Assembly: GCA_030390025.1 (NCBI GenBank)
Contig: JASTWF010000037.1
Span: 248,001-312,000 of the forward strand
DNA: 64,000 bases
Origin: Squalus acanthias
Lineage: Eukaryota
Direction of reading: 5' to 3'
Below are positions 38,434 through 50,950 of the stretch, piece after piece (within the stretch, counting starts at the first letter, position 1; each line of letters opens with the position of its first letter). The position numbers and the translations under genes are program-made. The notes under the pieces were generated by a model. That model worked only from the letters and a program-made list of their open reading frames with translations, was not told the DNA's origin and searched no databases.

Positions 38434-39059
38434 TTGTGTTGTGTGTGTGTTGTATATTTGTGTTGTGTGTGTGTTGTATATTTGTGTTGTGTGTGTGTTG
38501 TATATTTGTGTTGTGTGTGTGTTGTATATTTGTGTTGTGTGTGTTGTATATTTGTGTTGTGTTGTATATTTGTGTTGTGTGTGTGTTGTATATTTGTGTG
38601 GTGTTGTGTTGTATATTTGTGTTGTGTGTGTTGTATATTTGTGTTGTGTGTGTGTTGTATATTTGTGTTGTGTGTGTTGTATATTTGTGTTGTGTGTGTT
38701 GTGTATTTGTGTTGTATATTTGTGTTGTGTGTGTGTTGTATATTTGTGTTGTGTGTATTGTATATTTGTGTTGTTTGTGTGTTGTATGTTTGTGTTGTGT
38801 GTGTTGTATATTTGTGTTGTTTGTGTTGTATATTTGTGTTGTGTGTGTGTGTTGTATAGTTGTGCTGTGTTTGTGTTGTATGTTTGTGTTGTGTGTGTTG
38901 TATATTTGTGTTGTTTGTGTGTTGTATATTTGTGTTGTGTGTGTTGTAAATTTGTGTTGTGTGTGTTGTATATTTGTGTTGTTTGTGTGTTGTATATTTG
39001 TGTTGTGTGTGTTGTATATTTGTGTTGTGTGTGTTGTATATTTGTGTTGTTTGTGTGTG
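38434..39059. repeat. TG-rich minisatellite, about 22-24-bp unit (TGTGTTGTATATTTGTGTTGTG)
   Basis: Directly visible low-complexity periodic tract. Confidence 0.92.
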
Positions 39060-39264
39060 GGGTTATGAGGACGCCCTTCATTGTCACAGTTCGCACGAGA
39101 AGGGTGGCCGAGCTTTCACTAGAAGGACTGAGCAGAGGGAATGTGCACAATCGGCAGAGAGTGGGCTCAGCGGTCTTTCACAGGTAGCGCGGGGGCCCAG
39201 CCCCAAAACAGAGTGTGAAACTACAGCACTCTGACAAATATTTAATCTCTGTCTTATTCCGGGG

Positions 39265-39570
39265 ACCTCAGTGTCAGCCGTGTCTCTCGCCTCTGAGTCA
39301 GAAGGTCGTGGGTACCAGCCCCTCTCCAGAGACTCGAGCACAAAAGTCCAGGCCGACGCTCCCAGTGCCAGCGCCGCGCTGTCGGAGGTGCTGGTCTTTG
39401 GCTGAGATGTTAAACCGAGGCCCCGTCTGCCCTCTCGGGCGGATGTGGAATGATCCCACGGCCACTATTGGAAGAAGAGCTAGGACATGTTTTGTGTGCA
39501 AGTTGGCTGCTGCCTGTATCTATGTAACAACGGCTGCAAAGTGCTGTGGGACGTCCAGCAAGATCTCACT
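39265..39570 (+). mobile_element. Diverged DeuSINE
   Basis: GATGTTAAACCGAGGCCCCGTCTGCCCTCTC core. Confidence 0.7.
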
Positions 39571-39998
39571 CTACTGCCAGCTCTGATGCCACTCTGCGGG
39601 TGACTGGTAAGAGGGGTACTGGAATGGCCCCCAAGAGCAGCTTCACTCGCTCTCCAATTTTCCAGCCCTTAAGTACCTCCATTCCCACCCCCCCCCCCAC
39701 CCAACGCCCCGCCAGTGTGAGCCAGTTATACGTCCTTGTTTGTGATGCGCTTACAGCTCATGCAGGGTCTGTAACTCTTTTATTCTCTGGGTGTGGGCGT
39801 CGCTGGCTCTTGTCGGCCCACCCCTGAGTCACCTTGGGCAGGAGGTGGTGGCGGTGGTGGTGGGCCTTCAACTTTGATCCATTGGGTTGACAAACTGAGT
39901 GGCTTCCGAGGGGCCATTAAGAGTGTGGGGCTGGAGTCACGTGTAGGCCCAGATCGGGTAAAGGGAGGTTCCAATTTCCCCGAAGAACGTCAGTAAAT

Positions 39999-40585
39999 CA
40001 TAGAAACATAGAAGATAGGAGCAGGAGTAGGCCATTCGGCCCCTCGAGCCTGCTCCGCCATTCGATGAGATCATGGCTGATCATCCAAACTCAGTACCCT
40101 GTACCTGCCTTCTCCCCATATCCCTTGCTACCTTTAGCTTTAAGAAATATATCTAACTCATTCTTGAATATATTTAATGACTTGGCCTCAACTACCTTCT
40201 GTGGTAGAGAATTCCACAGGTTCACCACTCTCTGGGTGAAGAAATTCTTCCTCATTTCTGTCCTAAATGGCTTACCCCTTATCCTTAGATTATGACCCCT
40301 GGTTCTGGACTCTCCGACCATCGGGAACATTCTTCCTGCATCTAGTTTGTCCAGACCTGTCAGAATTTTATATGTTTCAATGAGATCCCCTCTCATTCTT
40401 CTATACTCCAGCGAATATAAGCCTAATCGACCCAATCTCTCCTCATATGTCATTCCTGCCATCCCAGGTATCAGCCTTGTGAATCTTCGCTGAACTCCTT
40501 CCATGGCAAGAACATCCTTCCTCAGATAAGGCGACCAAAACTGCACACAATACTCAAGGTGTGGTCTCACCAAGGCCCTGTACAG
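39999..40585 (-). mobile_element. CR1 LINE 3' fragment
   Basis: ORF 40091-40711 LYRALVRPHLEYCVQFWSP...WNSLP; its 3' end is nearly identical to 63858-64000. Confidence 0.9.
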
Positions 40586-41091
40586 TTGGGGTTTTTTTTT
40601 TTCCACCTCCACCATCATTTTGTTCCCCAGATTTTGCTGAGTTGATGGTGTGGTTTGGACTCCCCTCTGGGTTGCCAGTCCAGTACCGTAACCACGACAC
40701 CACACTGCCACACCCGGCTCCCATTGCTTCCCCAGCTGATGTCACACAAATTGCGTCAACCCGTTGCCAAGGTGCCTTAAGTTGGCGTACTTTTTACCAA
40801 TGTAGTCTGAGGATGTGGGCGTCGCAGGCAACAAGGCCGACATTTATCGCCCATCCCTAGTTGCCCTTGAGAAGGTGGTGGTGAGCCGCCTTCTTCTTCA
40901 ACCACTGCAGTCCGTGCGGTGAAGGTGCTCCCACAGTGCTGTTGGGTCGGGGGGCGGGGAGGGGGGGGGGGCGGTGGTTCCAGGATTTGGACCCAGCGAC
41001 CACGAAGGAACGGGCCAGCCTAGCATATTGGGCTAGCGGTGGTAGAGCACTGCACAAGACACCAAACGATGGGTAAAAGAGCACAGGACAC

Positions 41092-41399
41092 CAACACAGT
41101 GGCATAGTGGTCAGCACTGTTGCCTCACAGCGCCAGGGACCCGGGTTCGAATCCGGCCTCGGGTGACTGTCTGTGTGGAGTTTGCACATTCTCCCCGTGT
41201 CTGCGTGGGTTTCCTCCGGGTGCTCCGGTTTCCTCCCACTGTCCAAAGATGTGCGGGTTAGGTTGATTTGGCTATGATAAATTGACCCTTAGTGTTAGGG
41301 GGATTAAATACGTGGGGTTACGGGGATAGGGTGGGATATGTGTCGGTGCAGGCTCGATGGGCCGAAATGGCCTCTATCTGCACTGTGGGGATTCTGTGA
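41092..41399 (+). mobile_element. HE1-like V-SINE
   Basis: Near-identical to 871-1186. Confidence 0.9.
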
Positions 41400-41495
41400 A
41401 GGTTGATTCTCTGACAGAACGTGCCCCTGATCTCAGCCTGGCTTCATGGGGCAGGTCAGCCAGCACAACCTTTCCCCGTGCCGATAAAACATTTA

Positions 41496-42333
41496 GATTT
41501 TGCCAATGGGGGCGCGTTGGAGGCGGGACTGCTGCTTGTCGGGTTTCAGTCCCGCCTCCATCGACTTGTGGCCAACCCACGCTATTTTCCCTTGATTGAC
41601 CTTGCTGAGCCCGCCCAGCGGGCCTAGCAGGCCAATTAAGGGGAAGCCGGTGACAGAGAACGTCAGCGTATGACGTTTCATCTGTCAAAAACTTTTGATA
41701 GATGAATTGTCATTGTTTGACAGCTTTGAGAAGCTGTCAAACACCGACAATCTCTGTTGTTTGATGAGTCCTTGTATTCAAGACTCACCAAACCTCTTTC
41801 CTGAGCAGAAATTAGATGGTTGTTGCATCGGAGAATGCCGCAGCCATTCTGTCATCTCTGCCGTGGAGATGAGGAGTCTCCAGATCCCCAACTGTTGAAG
41901 CCTGCAGGAAGAAACAAAGGTAAGGAAACTTTTTCTAAGACGTTCCACTCACCTCACACACTCACCTCTCCACACTTGCACCCATCACTCACCTTCACAC
42001 CACACTTTTGGACCCCTCCAACCCCCGCAGACCCACTGCTCGCCTCGGTGACCCTGGCGGGGTTTCCCGACGTTGGGAAGCCCGCACTTGTGTGGGTAAA
42101 ATGGGGATAATCGTCTTATCTGCCTGTTAACTACCTGTTATCAGGCAGTTAAGTGGCTGTAATCCCCTTTCCGCCTCCAGGAGACGGGACCCGGCGCGGG
42201 TCGGCTAACCGCCTCCTGGGAAGATGGTACGGAGGCGGGTTGGGGTGGGATGGGTGCCCGCCCCCAGATTCTGCCATTTTCCTGGCAGTCCCGCCTCCAT
42301 ACCCGCCTCCCCAGGGCTGGCAAAATCGCGCCC
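41496..42333. mobile_element. Non-autonomous DNA transposon remnant, probably PIF/Harbinger-like
   Basis: Inverted pairs GATTTTGCCA (41496) / TGGCAAAATC (42318) and TGGAGGCGGGACTGC (41518) / GCAGTCCCGCCTCCA (42285); right end in CCC. Confidence 0.5.
41809..41919 (+). CDS. Candidate fourth coding exon of the RHBDD1-like gene (no recognisable homology)
   Basis: cctctttcctgagcag| acceptor and CAAAG|gtaagg donor; 111 nt, phase 1-1, open in the required frame (EIRWLLHRRMPQPFCHLCRGDEESPDPQLLKPAGRNK). Lies inside a transposon remnant. Confidence 0.3.
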
Positions 42334-42337
42334 ATAA

Positions 42338-42816
42338 AGTCATAGAGTCATAACGGCACAGAAGGAGGCCATTCGGCCCATCGAGTCCGTGCCGGCTCTC
42401 TGTAGAGCGATCCAGTCAGTCCCATTCCCCCGCTCTATCCCCGTAGCCCTGCAAGTTTATTTCCCTCAAGTGCCTATCCAGCCTCCCCTTGAAAACATCG
42501 AGAGTCTCCGCTTCCAGCACTTCCGTCGGCAGCGAGTTCCAGGTCCTCACCACTCGCTGCGTAAAAAAGATTTTCCTCACATCCCCCCTGTATCTCTTGC
42601 CCAAAACCTTAAATCTGTGTCCCCTTGTCCTTGTACCATCAACTAGTGGGAACAGCCTTTCCCCGTCTAGCCTATCCAAACCCGTCATAATCTTGTACAC
42701 CTCTATCAAATCACCCCTCAACCTGCTTTGCTCTAATGAAAACAAATCCAGCTTCTCCAACCTGTCCTTGTAGCTAAGATACCCCATCCCCGGAACCATT
42801 CTGGTAAATCTCCTCT
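42338..42816 (-). mobile_element. CR1 LINE 3' end
   Basis: ORF 42416-42799; same family as 15392-16177. Confidence 0.9.
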
Positions 42817-42819
42817 TTA

Positions 42820-43482
42820 GGGGGTGAAATTAGGTGCCCTTGCGCCTCCCGTTAGCGCCCTGGGGGGACGCAAATGGCTTTGCGACCGGGCGCGGTGCTG
42901 ACATCGACGGTTTGCGGCGGCGCTATGGCGTTGCGCCCCGATCTCCTTCGCCCGGAGACGGTGACGTCATCGCCGTGCGCATCGGCCCCGGACCCCGAAA
43001 TTGACTTCCGTCCCCTGCAGCAGAAAACCCGACAGTTGCGGGCGGCGCACTGTCGGGCGGCTGGCCACTTCGGGGGCGATGATCAAAGGCGAGGTGGCCG
43101 AGGTAAGTGGGAAAAAAAAACCTTCCCTTTCCTAGTTCTAGTGTTTTTCGTGGGTTCCTGCCCGCGATCGATCGGCCTGGCGCGCTGCTCGAGTGCCGGG
43201 CCGATCGCGCGGGACCGCGGCTGCCCTGGTGGTCCAGGTCAGTACTTTTTCTATTGCAGAGCCTGCAGCGATGGCCCTGCCCTTTAAGGGAGGGAAGGAG
43301 ACTTTGAACGCGGCGGCGCTGCACAGGCCCAGTGAAGTCTCCGCCCCGCTCTCCGACGTTAGCGCCGTAAGAAGGAAGCTGGATTTAGCGCTCCACCTCC
43401 CTCCTGGGGCGCTAAAACCCAATTTCGCGGTCGCCGGGCGATGTTAGCGTCCCTAAATGGGTCGATACCGAATTTACCCCCC
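42820..43482. mobile_element. GC-rich MITE, PIF/Harbinger-like
   Basis: Terminal inverted repeats GGGGGTGAAATTAGGT / ACCGAATTTACCCCCC (3 mismatches); flanks TTA and TTG resemble a TWA target site. Confidence 0.55.
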
Positions 43483-44089
43483 TTGAAGCTTAGGAAGGCA
43501 CGGGGAGAGAGAGCAGGCCAGCGGGATTGGGATTCCTCTCGCCAAGAGTGAGCAGGCAGGACAGAGCCGAGCGGCCTCCTTCGGGACTGCAAGGCTGTGC
43601 CGGGGGGGGAAGGGGAGGTGGTGAGGTGGGTGGGGGGGTGCGAGGAGTGGGCCTGTTAATCCTTCCAGTTGGGCGTTTTGACGCGCGGTACAATGTGCGG
43701 CAAGCTGGGGTTAGAAGGTCGCGAAGGGCCAATATCCGCTTGCTGAAGCTGGGAGATTTTCTTTGCCGTGTTTTCCAGACAACCGACCCTCAACTCCACC
43801 CAGATGCCGGCGGCAGCGGAGAAGGTGCTGACACGCCAGTCCCCCTACCCCTGGAGGGGCTCCCGTCGACCGTTGCTGTGCTGCTCGGTGCCAGTCCGGT
43901 TGTCGCCCTCTGGCAATCAGGTTAATAGAAGCTTAGGCCCGACGTCAAGAGATATGCACAGCAGGCCCGCCAGCTTCTGGGAGGGAACGATGTGGGGGGG
44001 GGGGGGCGGCGAGGTTTCAGGTAGGGTCCCGCCGTCAGAAGCGGGCTGACGACTGACAGCGGAAGAGGAGGCGGCTTATCTGGCTCGCC

Positions 44090-45340
44090 AAGACAGGGGA
44101 GGGGAGAGGCCCTTCAGCCCCTCGAGCCTGTCCCGCCATTCAATGAGATCACGGCAGATCCGTATCTGACGCCTCACGAACAGACAAAATTGATGGACAG
44201 GCAAAGACCAGTTGGTCCGTCAAGCCTGCCGCGCGGCCAGAGCATTGTGACGAAACGCTTCTTCCCTCCCCCACCCATTTCCCCCCAACCGAAGCCATGT
44301 AATCTCCTGGGAGGGGTCAAATAAAACAGACAAAAAAAACCCCAGAGCCCATAAGGCAAAAAAATATTCTTGAAAATTCCTCTCCCATCCCCTCAGGTGA
44401 TCAAAATCAGTCCGGTAGATCACACATAAAAACATAAGAAATAGGAGCAGGAATAGGCCACTTGGCCCCTCGAGCCTGCTCCGCCATTCAATAAGATCAT
44501 GGCTGATCTTGGGCTCAAAGCCACTTCCCTGCCCGCTCCCCATAACCCTTCACTCCCTTATCTTGTAAAAATCTGTCTATCTCCACCTTAAATGTATTTA
44601 ATGACCCAGCCTCCACAGCTCTCTGGGGCAGAGAATTCCACAGATTTACGACCCTCTGAGAGAAGAAGTTCCTCCTCATCTCAGTTCTAAAAGGGCGACC
44701 CTTTATTCTGAAACTATGCCCCCCGAGTTCTAGATTTCCCCACGAGGGGAAACATCCTCTCTGCATCTACCTTGTGGAGCCCCCCTCAGTATCTTATATG
44801 TTTCAAGAAGATCACCTCTCATTCTTCTAAACTCCAATGAGTATAGGCCCAGCCTGCTCAACCTTTCCTCATAAGTCAACCCCTCATCTCAGGAATTAAC
44901 CTCGTGAATCGTCTCCCTTAATACCCTTCCCTAACAAAAATCTATCGATCTCAGTTTTGACATTTTCAATTGCCCCCCACCCCCACCCCCAGCCTCAACA
45001 GTTTTTTGGGGGAGAGAGTTCCCGATTTCCACTCCCCTTTGTGTGAAGAAGTGCTTCCTGACATCACCCCTGAACGGCCTGGCTCTAATTTTAAGGTTCT
45101 GCCCCCTTGTTCTGGACTCCCCCCACCAGAGGAAATAGTTTCTCTCTATCAACCCTATCAACTCCTTTAATCATCTTAAACACAATTAGATCACCCTTCA
45201 ATCTTCTATACTCCAGGGAATACAAGCCCAGTCTGTGCAACCTGTCTTCGTAATTTAACCCTTTTAGCCCCCGGTATAATTCTGGTGAATCTGCGCTGCT
45301 CCCCCTCCAAGGACAATATATCCTTCCTGAGGTGCGGTGG
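44090..45340 (-). mobile_element. Cluster of CR1 3' fragments from several subfamilies
   Basis: ORFs 44515-44766 and 44931-45161 with RRNFFSQRVVNLWNSLP and HFFTQR; repeated CR1 3' UTRs. Confidence 0.85.
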
Positions 45341-45619
45341 GTTGGAAGTTTCTTTGAAGAACCTTCCTCTCGGTGCCGATGAGTTGGCCAACTCCTCGTC
45401 AGGAACGAGAGGCTCCCATCGAGAGGTCCTCTCGCCATCAGAGGCTCCCCTCTCCCCTCTATGGTGCCCCCCCTCACGGCTCAGCAGGGGAAACGTGTCG
45501 TGTGGGGTGGGGATTGAGCCATGCGGGTCAAGGACAGTCCCTCTTGGATCCCCGCCGGTCTGTTCGGAGCGAGGCTGCAGTACAGGTTACCAACTCCGGT
45601 TTGATCGTAACATCTCTGT

Positions 45620-46280
45620 TCCACCTCCGTAACATCGCCCGTCTCCGCCCCTGCCTCAGCTCATCTGCTGCTGAAACCCTCATCCATGCCTTTGTTACCT
45701 CTAGTCTTGACTATTCCAACGCACTCCTGGCCGGCCTCCCACATTCTACCCTACGTAAACTTGAGGTCATCCAAAACGCGGCTGCCCGTGTCCTAACTTG
45801 CACCGGGTCCCGTTCGCCCATCACCCCCTGTGCTCGCTGACCTACATTGGCTCCCGGTTAAGCAGCGCCTTGATTTCAAAATTCTCATCCTTGTTTTCAA
45901 ATCCCTCCATGGTCTCGCCCCTCCCTATCTCTGTAACCTCCTGCAGCCCCACAAACCCCCCGAGATATCTGCGCTCCTCTAATTCTGCCCTCTTGAGCAT
46001 CCCTGATTATAATCGCTCAACCATTGGCGGCCATGCCTTCTGTTGCCTAGGCCCTAAGCTCTGGAATTCCCTGCCGAAACCTCTCCGCCTCGCTATCTCT
46101 CTCTCCTCCTTTAAGACGCTCCTTAAATCCTATCTCTTTGACCAAGCTTTTGGTCACCTGCCCTAATTTATCCTTATGTGGCTCGGTGTCAAATTTTTTG
46201 TCTTAAAATACTCCTGTGACGTGCTTTGGGACGTTTTACTACGTTAAAGGCGCTATATAAATACAAGTTGTTGTTGTTGT
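45620..46280 (+). mobile_element. L2 LINE 3' end with (TTG)n tail
   Basis: FHLRNIARLRP.LSSSAAETLIHAFVTS.LDYSNALLAGLP...IQNAAAR; ends GGCGCTATATAAATACAAGTTGTTGTTGTTG. Confidence 0.9.
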
Positions 46281-47052
46281 ATGACCTCCCGCTCGGTCAA
46301 ACAACCTTTCCGTTCCCCACCCTCCACCCCATCTCCGATATTTTTATAATTAATAAACAAAAGTGTTCAAAGGGAATGGACCACTTTTTTTTAAATGCGC
46401 CAATGGTTTTTCTCCTGGGTAACTTGCAGCGATGTCCAGGAGATTGGTCATTAATGCCCTGGACAATCCTGGAGGGTTGGCGACCCTTGGCTGCAGTGGG
46501 GCTGCTGACACTTGACCTCGGGACGAGGGAGAGAGAAAGAAAAATGCCCCAATTTAATGGGGGCCCAATCTCCCTCAGAGGCTGATGAGCAACCTGCTGT
46601 GTGTGCGCGCGGATTGCCGCCATTTCCCGCACTGATTTCCCACTCGGCCTCTTGGACCTACCTGTAGAGGGAAAAGGCTGAGCGAGTATGGAAGGGAGGG
46701 CAGAAGATCTTCAGCCAGGGCAGGAACTCGCACTCGAGGTCAGAAGAGAGAAGCAGAGCGGGCGGTTTGCGTTTAATGGCTTGAACTTGCAGAAACAGTC
46801 CATTCAGAGGGGGTGGGGGAGCGATGGCTATTCCACGAGGGAGCTCGCTTAGATACGCGGCAGAGAAAGTGACAGAGGCTGGGCGGGTCCGTAGCACTGT
46901 TGGTTCACTGTGGATCAACCTGAATCAGAAAGAAAGAAAGAAAGAAAGAAAGAGAAGGATAGAAAGAGAGAAAGAAAAGTAAGAGAGAAAGAAAAGAAAG
47001 AGAAAGAGTGAGAGAATGAGAGAAGGAAGGAAAGAAAGATTGAAAGAGAAAG

Positions 47053-47377
47053 GGCAACACGGTGGCATAGTGGTTAGCACTGGTGCCTCACAGCGCCAGG
47101 GACCCGGGTTCGAATCTGGCCTCGGGTGACTGTCTGTGTGGAGTTTGCACATTCTCCCTGTGTCTGCGTGGGTTTCCTCCGGGTGCTCCGGTTTCCTCCC
47201 ACAGTCCAAAGATGTTAGGTTGATTTGGCTATGATAAATTGACCCTTAGTGTTAGGGTGGGATTAAATATGTGGGGTTACGGGGATAGGATGGGATATGT
47301 TAGGGGGAATTAATTACGTGGGGTTACGGGGATAGGGTGGGATATGTGTCGGTGCAGGCTCGATGGGGATTCTGTGT
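47053..47377 (+). mobile_element. HE1-like V-SINE within a GA-rich tract (46925-47760), followed by two CR1 3' ends in opposite orientations
   Basis: Same head and V-domain as 871; internal short duplication at 47250-47345. Confidence 0.85.
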
Positions 47378-47904
47378 GAGAAAGCAGGGACAGGGTACTG
47401 GATTTGGATGATCAGCCATGATTGTATTGAATGGTGGAGCAGGCTCGAATGGCCTACTCCTGCTCCTAGTTTCTATGTTTCTATGTTAAAAGAACATAAG
47501 AATTAGGAGCAGGAGTAGGTCATACGGCCCCTTGAGCCTGCTCCACCATTCAATGAGATCATGGCTGATCAGTGACCTCAACTCCACTTTCCCGCCCAAT
47601 CCCCGTATCCCTCGATTCCCTTAATGTCCAAAAAAGGAAGGAAAGATTGAAAGAGAGAAAGAAAAGAGAGAAGGAAGGATAGAGGGAGAGAATGAAAGAA
47701 AGAGCGGAAAGAGAGAGAAAGAGCAAGAGATGACAGAAAGAGAGGAAGAATAAAATAAAGAACTTACATTTATATAGTACCTCAGGATGTTCCAAAGCGT
47801 TTTACAGCCAATGAAGTACTTCTGTTGAAGTACAGTGACTGTTGTAATGTAGAAAACTCCAAGATCTTCTAGTATCAGCGACTTGAGATTTTTTTTAATT
47901 ATTC

Positions 47905-49196
47905 ATTCACGGGATGTGGGCGTCGCTGGCAAGGCCAGCATTTATTGCCCATCCCTAGTTGCCCTTGAGAAGGTGGTGGTGAGCTGCCTTCTTGAACCGC
48001 TGCAGTCCGTGTGGTGAAGGTGCTCCCACAGTGCTGTTAGGGAGGGAGTTCCAGGACCCAGTGACGATGAAGGATCAGCCGATATATTTCCAAGTCAGGC
48101 TGGTGTGTGACTTGGAGGGGAACTTGGAGGGGGTGGTGTTCCCATGCGCCTGCTGCCCTCGTCCTTCTAGGTGGTAGAGGTCATGGGTTTGGGACGTGCT
48201 GCCGAAGAAGCCTTGGCGAGTTGCTGCAGTGCATCTTGTAGATGGTACACACTGCAGCCACGGTGCGCCGGTGGTGGAGGGAGTGAATGTTTAAGGTGGT
48301 GGATGGGGCGCCAATCAAGCAGGATGCTTTGTCCTGGATGGTGTCGAGCTTCTTGAGTGTTGTTGGGGCTGCACTCATCCAGGCAAATGGTATTCCATCA
48401 CACTCCTGACTTGTACCTTGTAGATGGTGGAAAGGCTTTGGGGAGTCAGGAGGTGAGTCACTCGCCACAGAATACCCAGCCTCTGACCTGCTCTTGCAGC
48501 CATAGTATTTATGTGGCTGACCCAGTTAAGTTTTTGATCAATGGTGACCCCCAGGATGTTGATGGTGGGGGATTCGACGATGGTAATGCCATTGAATGTC
48601 AAGGGGTGGTGGTTAGACTCTCTCATTGGAGATAGTCATTACCTTGCACTTGTGTGGCGCGAATATTACTTGCCACTTATCAGCCCAAGCCTGAATGTTG
48701 TCCAGGTCTTGTTGCATGCGGGCACGGACTACTACATTATCTGAGGAGTTGCAAATGGATCTGAACACTGTGCAGTCATCATTGAACATCCCCACTTCTG
48801 ACCTTATGATGGGGGGAAGGTCATTGATGAAGCAGCTGAAGATGGTTGGGCCTAGGACACTGCCCTGGGGAACTCCTGCAGCGATGTCCTGGGGCTAAGA
48901 TGATTGACCTTGAACGACCACAACCACCTTCCTTTGTGCTAGGTATGACTCCAGTGAGTGGGGAGTTTCCCCCGATTCCCATTGACATCAATTTTACTAG
49001 GGCTCCTTGATGCCACACTTGGTCAAATGCTGCCTTGATGTCACTCTCACCTCTCCTCTGGAATTCAGCTCTTGTGTCCATATTTGGACAAAGGCTGTAA
49101 CCAGGTCAGGAGCCGAGTGGTCCTGGCAGAACCCAAATTGAGCATTGGTGAGCAGGTTATTGGTAAGTGCCGCTTGATAGCACTGTCGATGACACC
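47905..49196 (-). mobile_element. Non-LTR retrotransposon RT and C-terminal fragment, clade uncertain (not the local CR1 or L2 families)
   Basis: DIKAAFDQVWHQG, F.DDCT, ILGVTIDQKLNW..HI, YK.QVRSVMEY, LDTIQDKA...LHHRRTVA on the - strand. Confidence 0.85.
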
Positions 49197-49309
49197 TGGG
49201 AATTAACCTTTATATGGGGTCCCTGAGGCTCCATGGTACAAACCTAAGCATCTCACAAAGCTTGGAGACCCGTTCTGCCACAGTGCCAGCCTGATTCCCC
49301 AGTCTCTGC

Positions 49310-49570
49310 CAAGCTAGCTCATCTCAGCAGTGCAAAGCGCTACAGTTTGGATTCAATGCTCCTCGACCAGGATGGGATAACTCAGCCAGTGACCGCCCTC
49401 CTGCTGGACAGTGAATGTGGCTGTGCAGAGTTCGGCCTCGGGCAGGACGGAACTGGGCTCAGATACGGTAGCAATGCCGACACTCGCTGTCTAAGCCCAT
49501 GGTCCCTTGGGTGGAATACTGGAGGGTTACTGCTACTTGTGGAACTGTGTCCCAGCCAGAGTCAGGGTTT
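49310..49570 (+). mobile_element. Ancient SINE-like interspersed repeat, diverged
   Basis: Patchy similarity to the reverse complement of 62270-62460 (CAGTGACC..CTG, AGGAC.GGAAC, TGCC.ACA, GGAAC..G..CCC.GC.AGA). Confidence 0.35.
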
Positions 49571-49639
49571 GGAAGAAATTGGGCAGTGCTAGAATTCAAT
49601 ATATTACAATGTACAAGGATTTTTGATAATTGAAGTTAC

Positions 49640-50040
49640 CCCACTCGAGACTTGAGCACATAATCTAGGCTGATGTTTCAGTGCAGTGCTGAGGGAGTGC
49701 CTGCACTGTCGGAGGTACTGTCTTTCAGATGAGACGTTAAACCAAGGCCCCGTCTGCCCTCTCAGGTGGACTTAAAAGATCCCATGGCCACTATTGGAAG
49801 AAGAGCAGGGGAGTTCTCCCCAAGTCCTGGCCAATATAGATCCCTCAACCAAGAGTAAAAAAAAAATATTGCTCATTTATCTCATTGCTGTTTGTGGGAG
49901 CTTGCTGTGCATAAATTGGCTGCCACGTTTCCTACATTACAACAGTGACTACACTTCAGAAGTACTTCATTGGCTGTAAAGCGTTTTGGGAGGTTCTGAA
50001 GTCACGAAAGGTGCTATAGAAATGCAAGTTCTTTCTTTGC
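49640..50040 (+). mobile_element. DeuSINE (SacSINE1-like)
   Basis: Core GATGAGACGTTAAACCAAGGCCCCGTCTGCCCTCTCAGGTGGA and CATTGCTGTTTGTGGGAGCTTGCTGTGC; TTCTTTCTTT tail. Confidence 0.85.
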
Positions 50041-50059
50041 TTAATAGTACATATATATA

Positions 50060-50878
50060 AAACAACAACAGAAAATGCTGGAAACACTCAGCAGGTCAGG
50101 CAGCATCGTGGAGAGAGAAACAGAGTTAACGTTTCAGGTCGATGACCCTTCGTCAGAACTGGAAAAAGTTGGAGCAGTAACAAATTTTAAGCAAGTGTAG
50201 GGGCAGGGAAAGGGAGGAGGGGAGGAAAGAACAAAAGGGAAGGTCTGTGATAGGATGGAAGGCAGGAGATTAAAAGACAAAAGGGATGATGGTGGAAGGC
50301 AAAAGGAGATGGTAATGGGACAAGTTAAGAAACAAAAGATGGCTCTAGATGAGGTGTAAATGGCGATGGCAGAATGATCGACAGCTGCCATGTGAGAGAG
50401 AAAGAAAACATAGGGTTATAGTCTGAAATTGTTGAACTCAATGTTGAGTCCAGAAGGCTGTAAAGTGCCTAATCAAAAGATGAGGTGCTGTTCCTCGAGC
50501 TTGCCTTGAGCTTCGTTGGAACAGTGTAAGAGGCCGAGGACGGAGAGATCAGAGTGGGAGTGGAGCGGAGAATTAAAGTGACAGGCGACCGCAAGCGCGG
50601 GGTCACTCTTACGGACTGAACGGAGGTGTTCCGCAAAGTGGTCACCCAATCTGCGTTTGGTCTCCTCTACATTGGAGAGACCAAACGCAGATTGGGGGAC
50701 CGCTTTGCAAGAAGTACAAGTAAATCGCTGTTTCACCTGGAAGGGGTGATTGGGACCCTGGACAGTGGGAAGGGAGGAGGTAAAAGGTCAGGTGTTGCAT
50801 CTCCTGTGCTTGCACGGGAAGGTGCCGGGCAAAGGGGAGTTGGGGGTGATTGAGGAGTGGACCAGGGTGTCACGGAGT
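50060..50878 (-). mobile_element. 5'-truncated Penelope-like retroelement (GIY-YIG endonuclease remnant and terminal repeat) with 13-bp target-site duplication
   Basis: QRFTCTS...ETKRRLGDHFAEHLRSV...VACHFNS..HS...LEEQHLIF; GTACATATATATA at 50047-50059 and 50879-50891. Confidence 0.88.
50124..50160 (-). ncRNA. Minimal type I hammerhead ribozyme motif (family A)
   Basis: Exact reverse complement of 16727-16763. Confidence 0.75.
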
Positions 50879-50950
50879 GTACATATATATATTATGATTA
50901 TAAAGTGTTACTTCTGAAAAAAGATTCTTTCTAAAATTGATTTTTTTTAG

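Noticed and set aside
38302..39187. Cys/Val-rich and Thr/His-rich ORFs
   Set aside because: Translations of a TG-rich minisatellite.
42820..44050. CpG island promoter or GC-rich ORFs
   Set aside because: Most CpG-rich sequence is bounded by terminal inverted repeats (MITE); the ORFs have no recognisable motifs.
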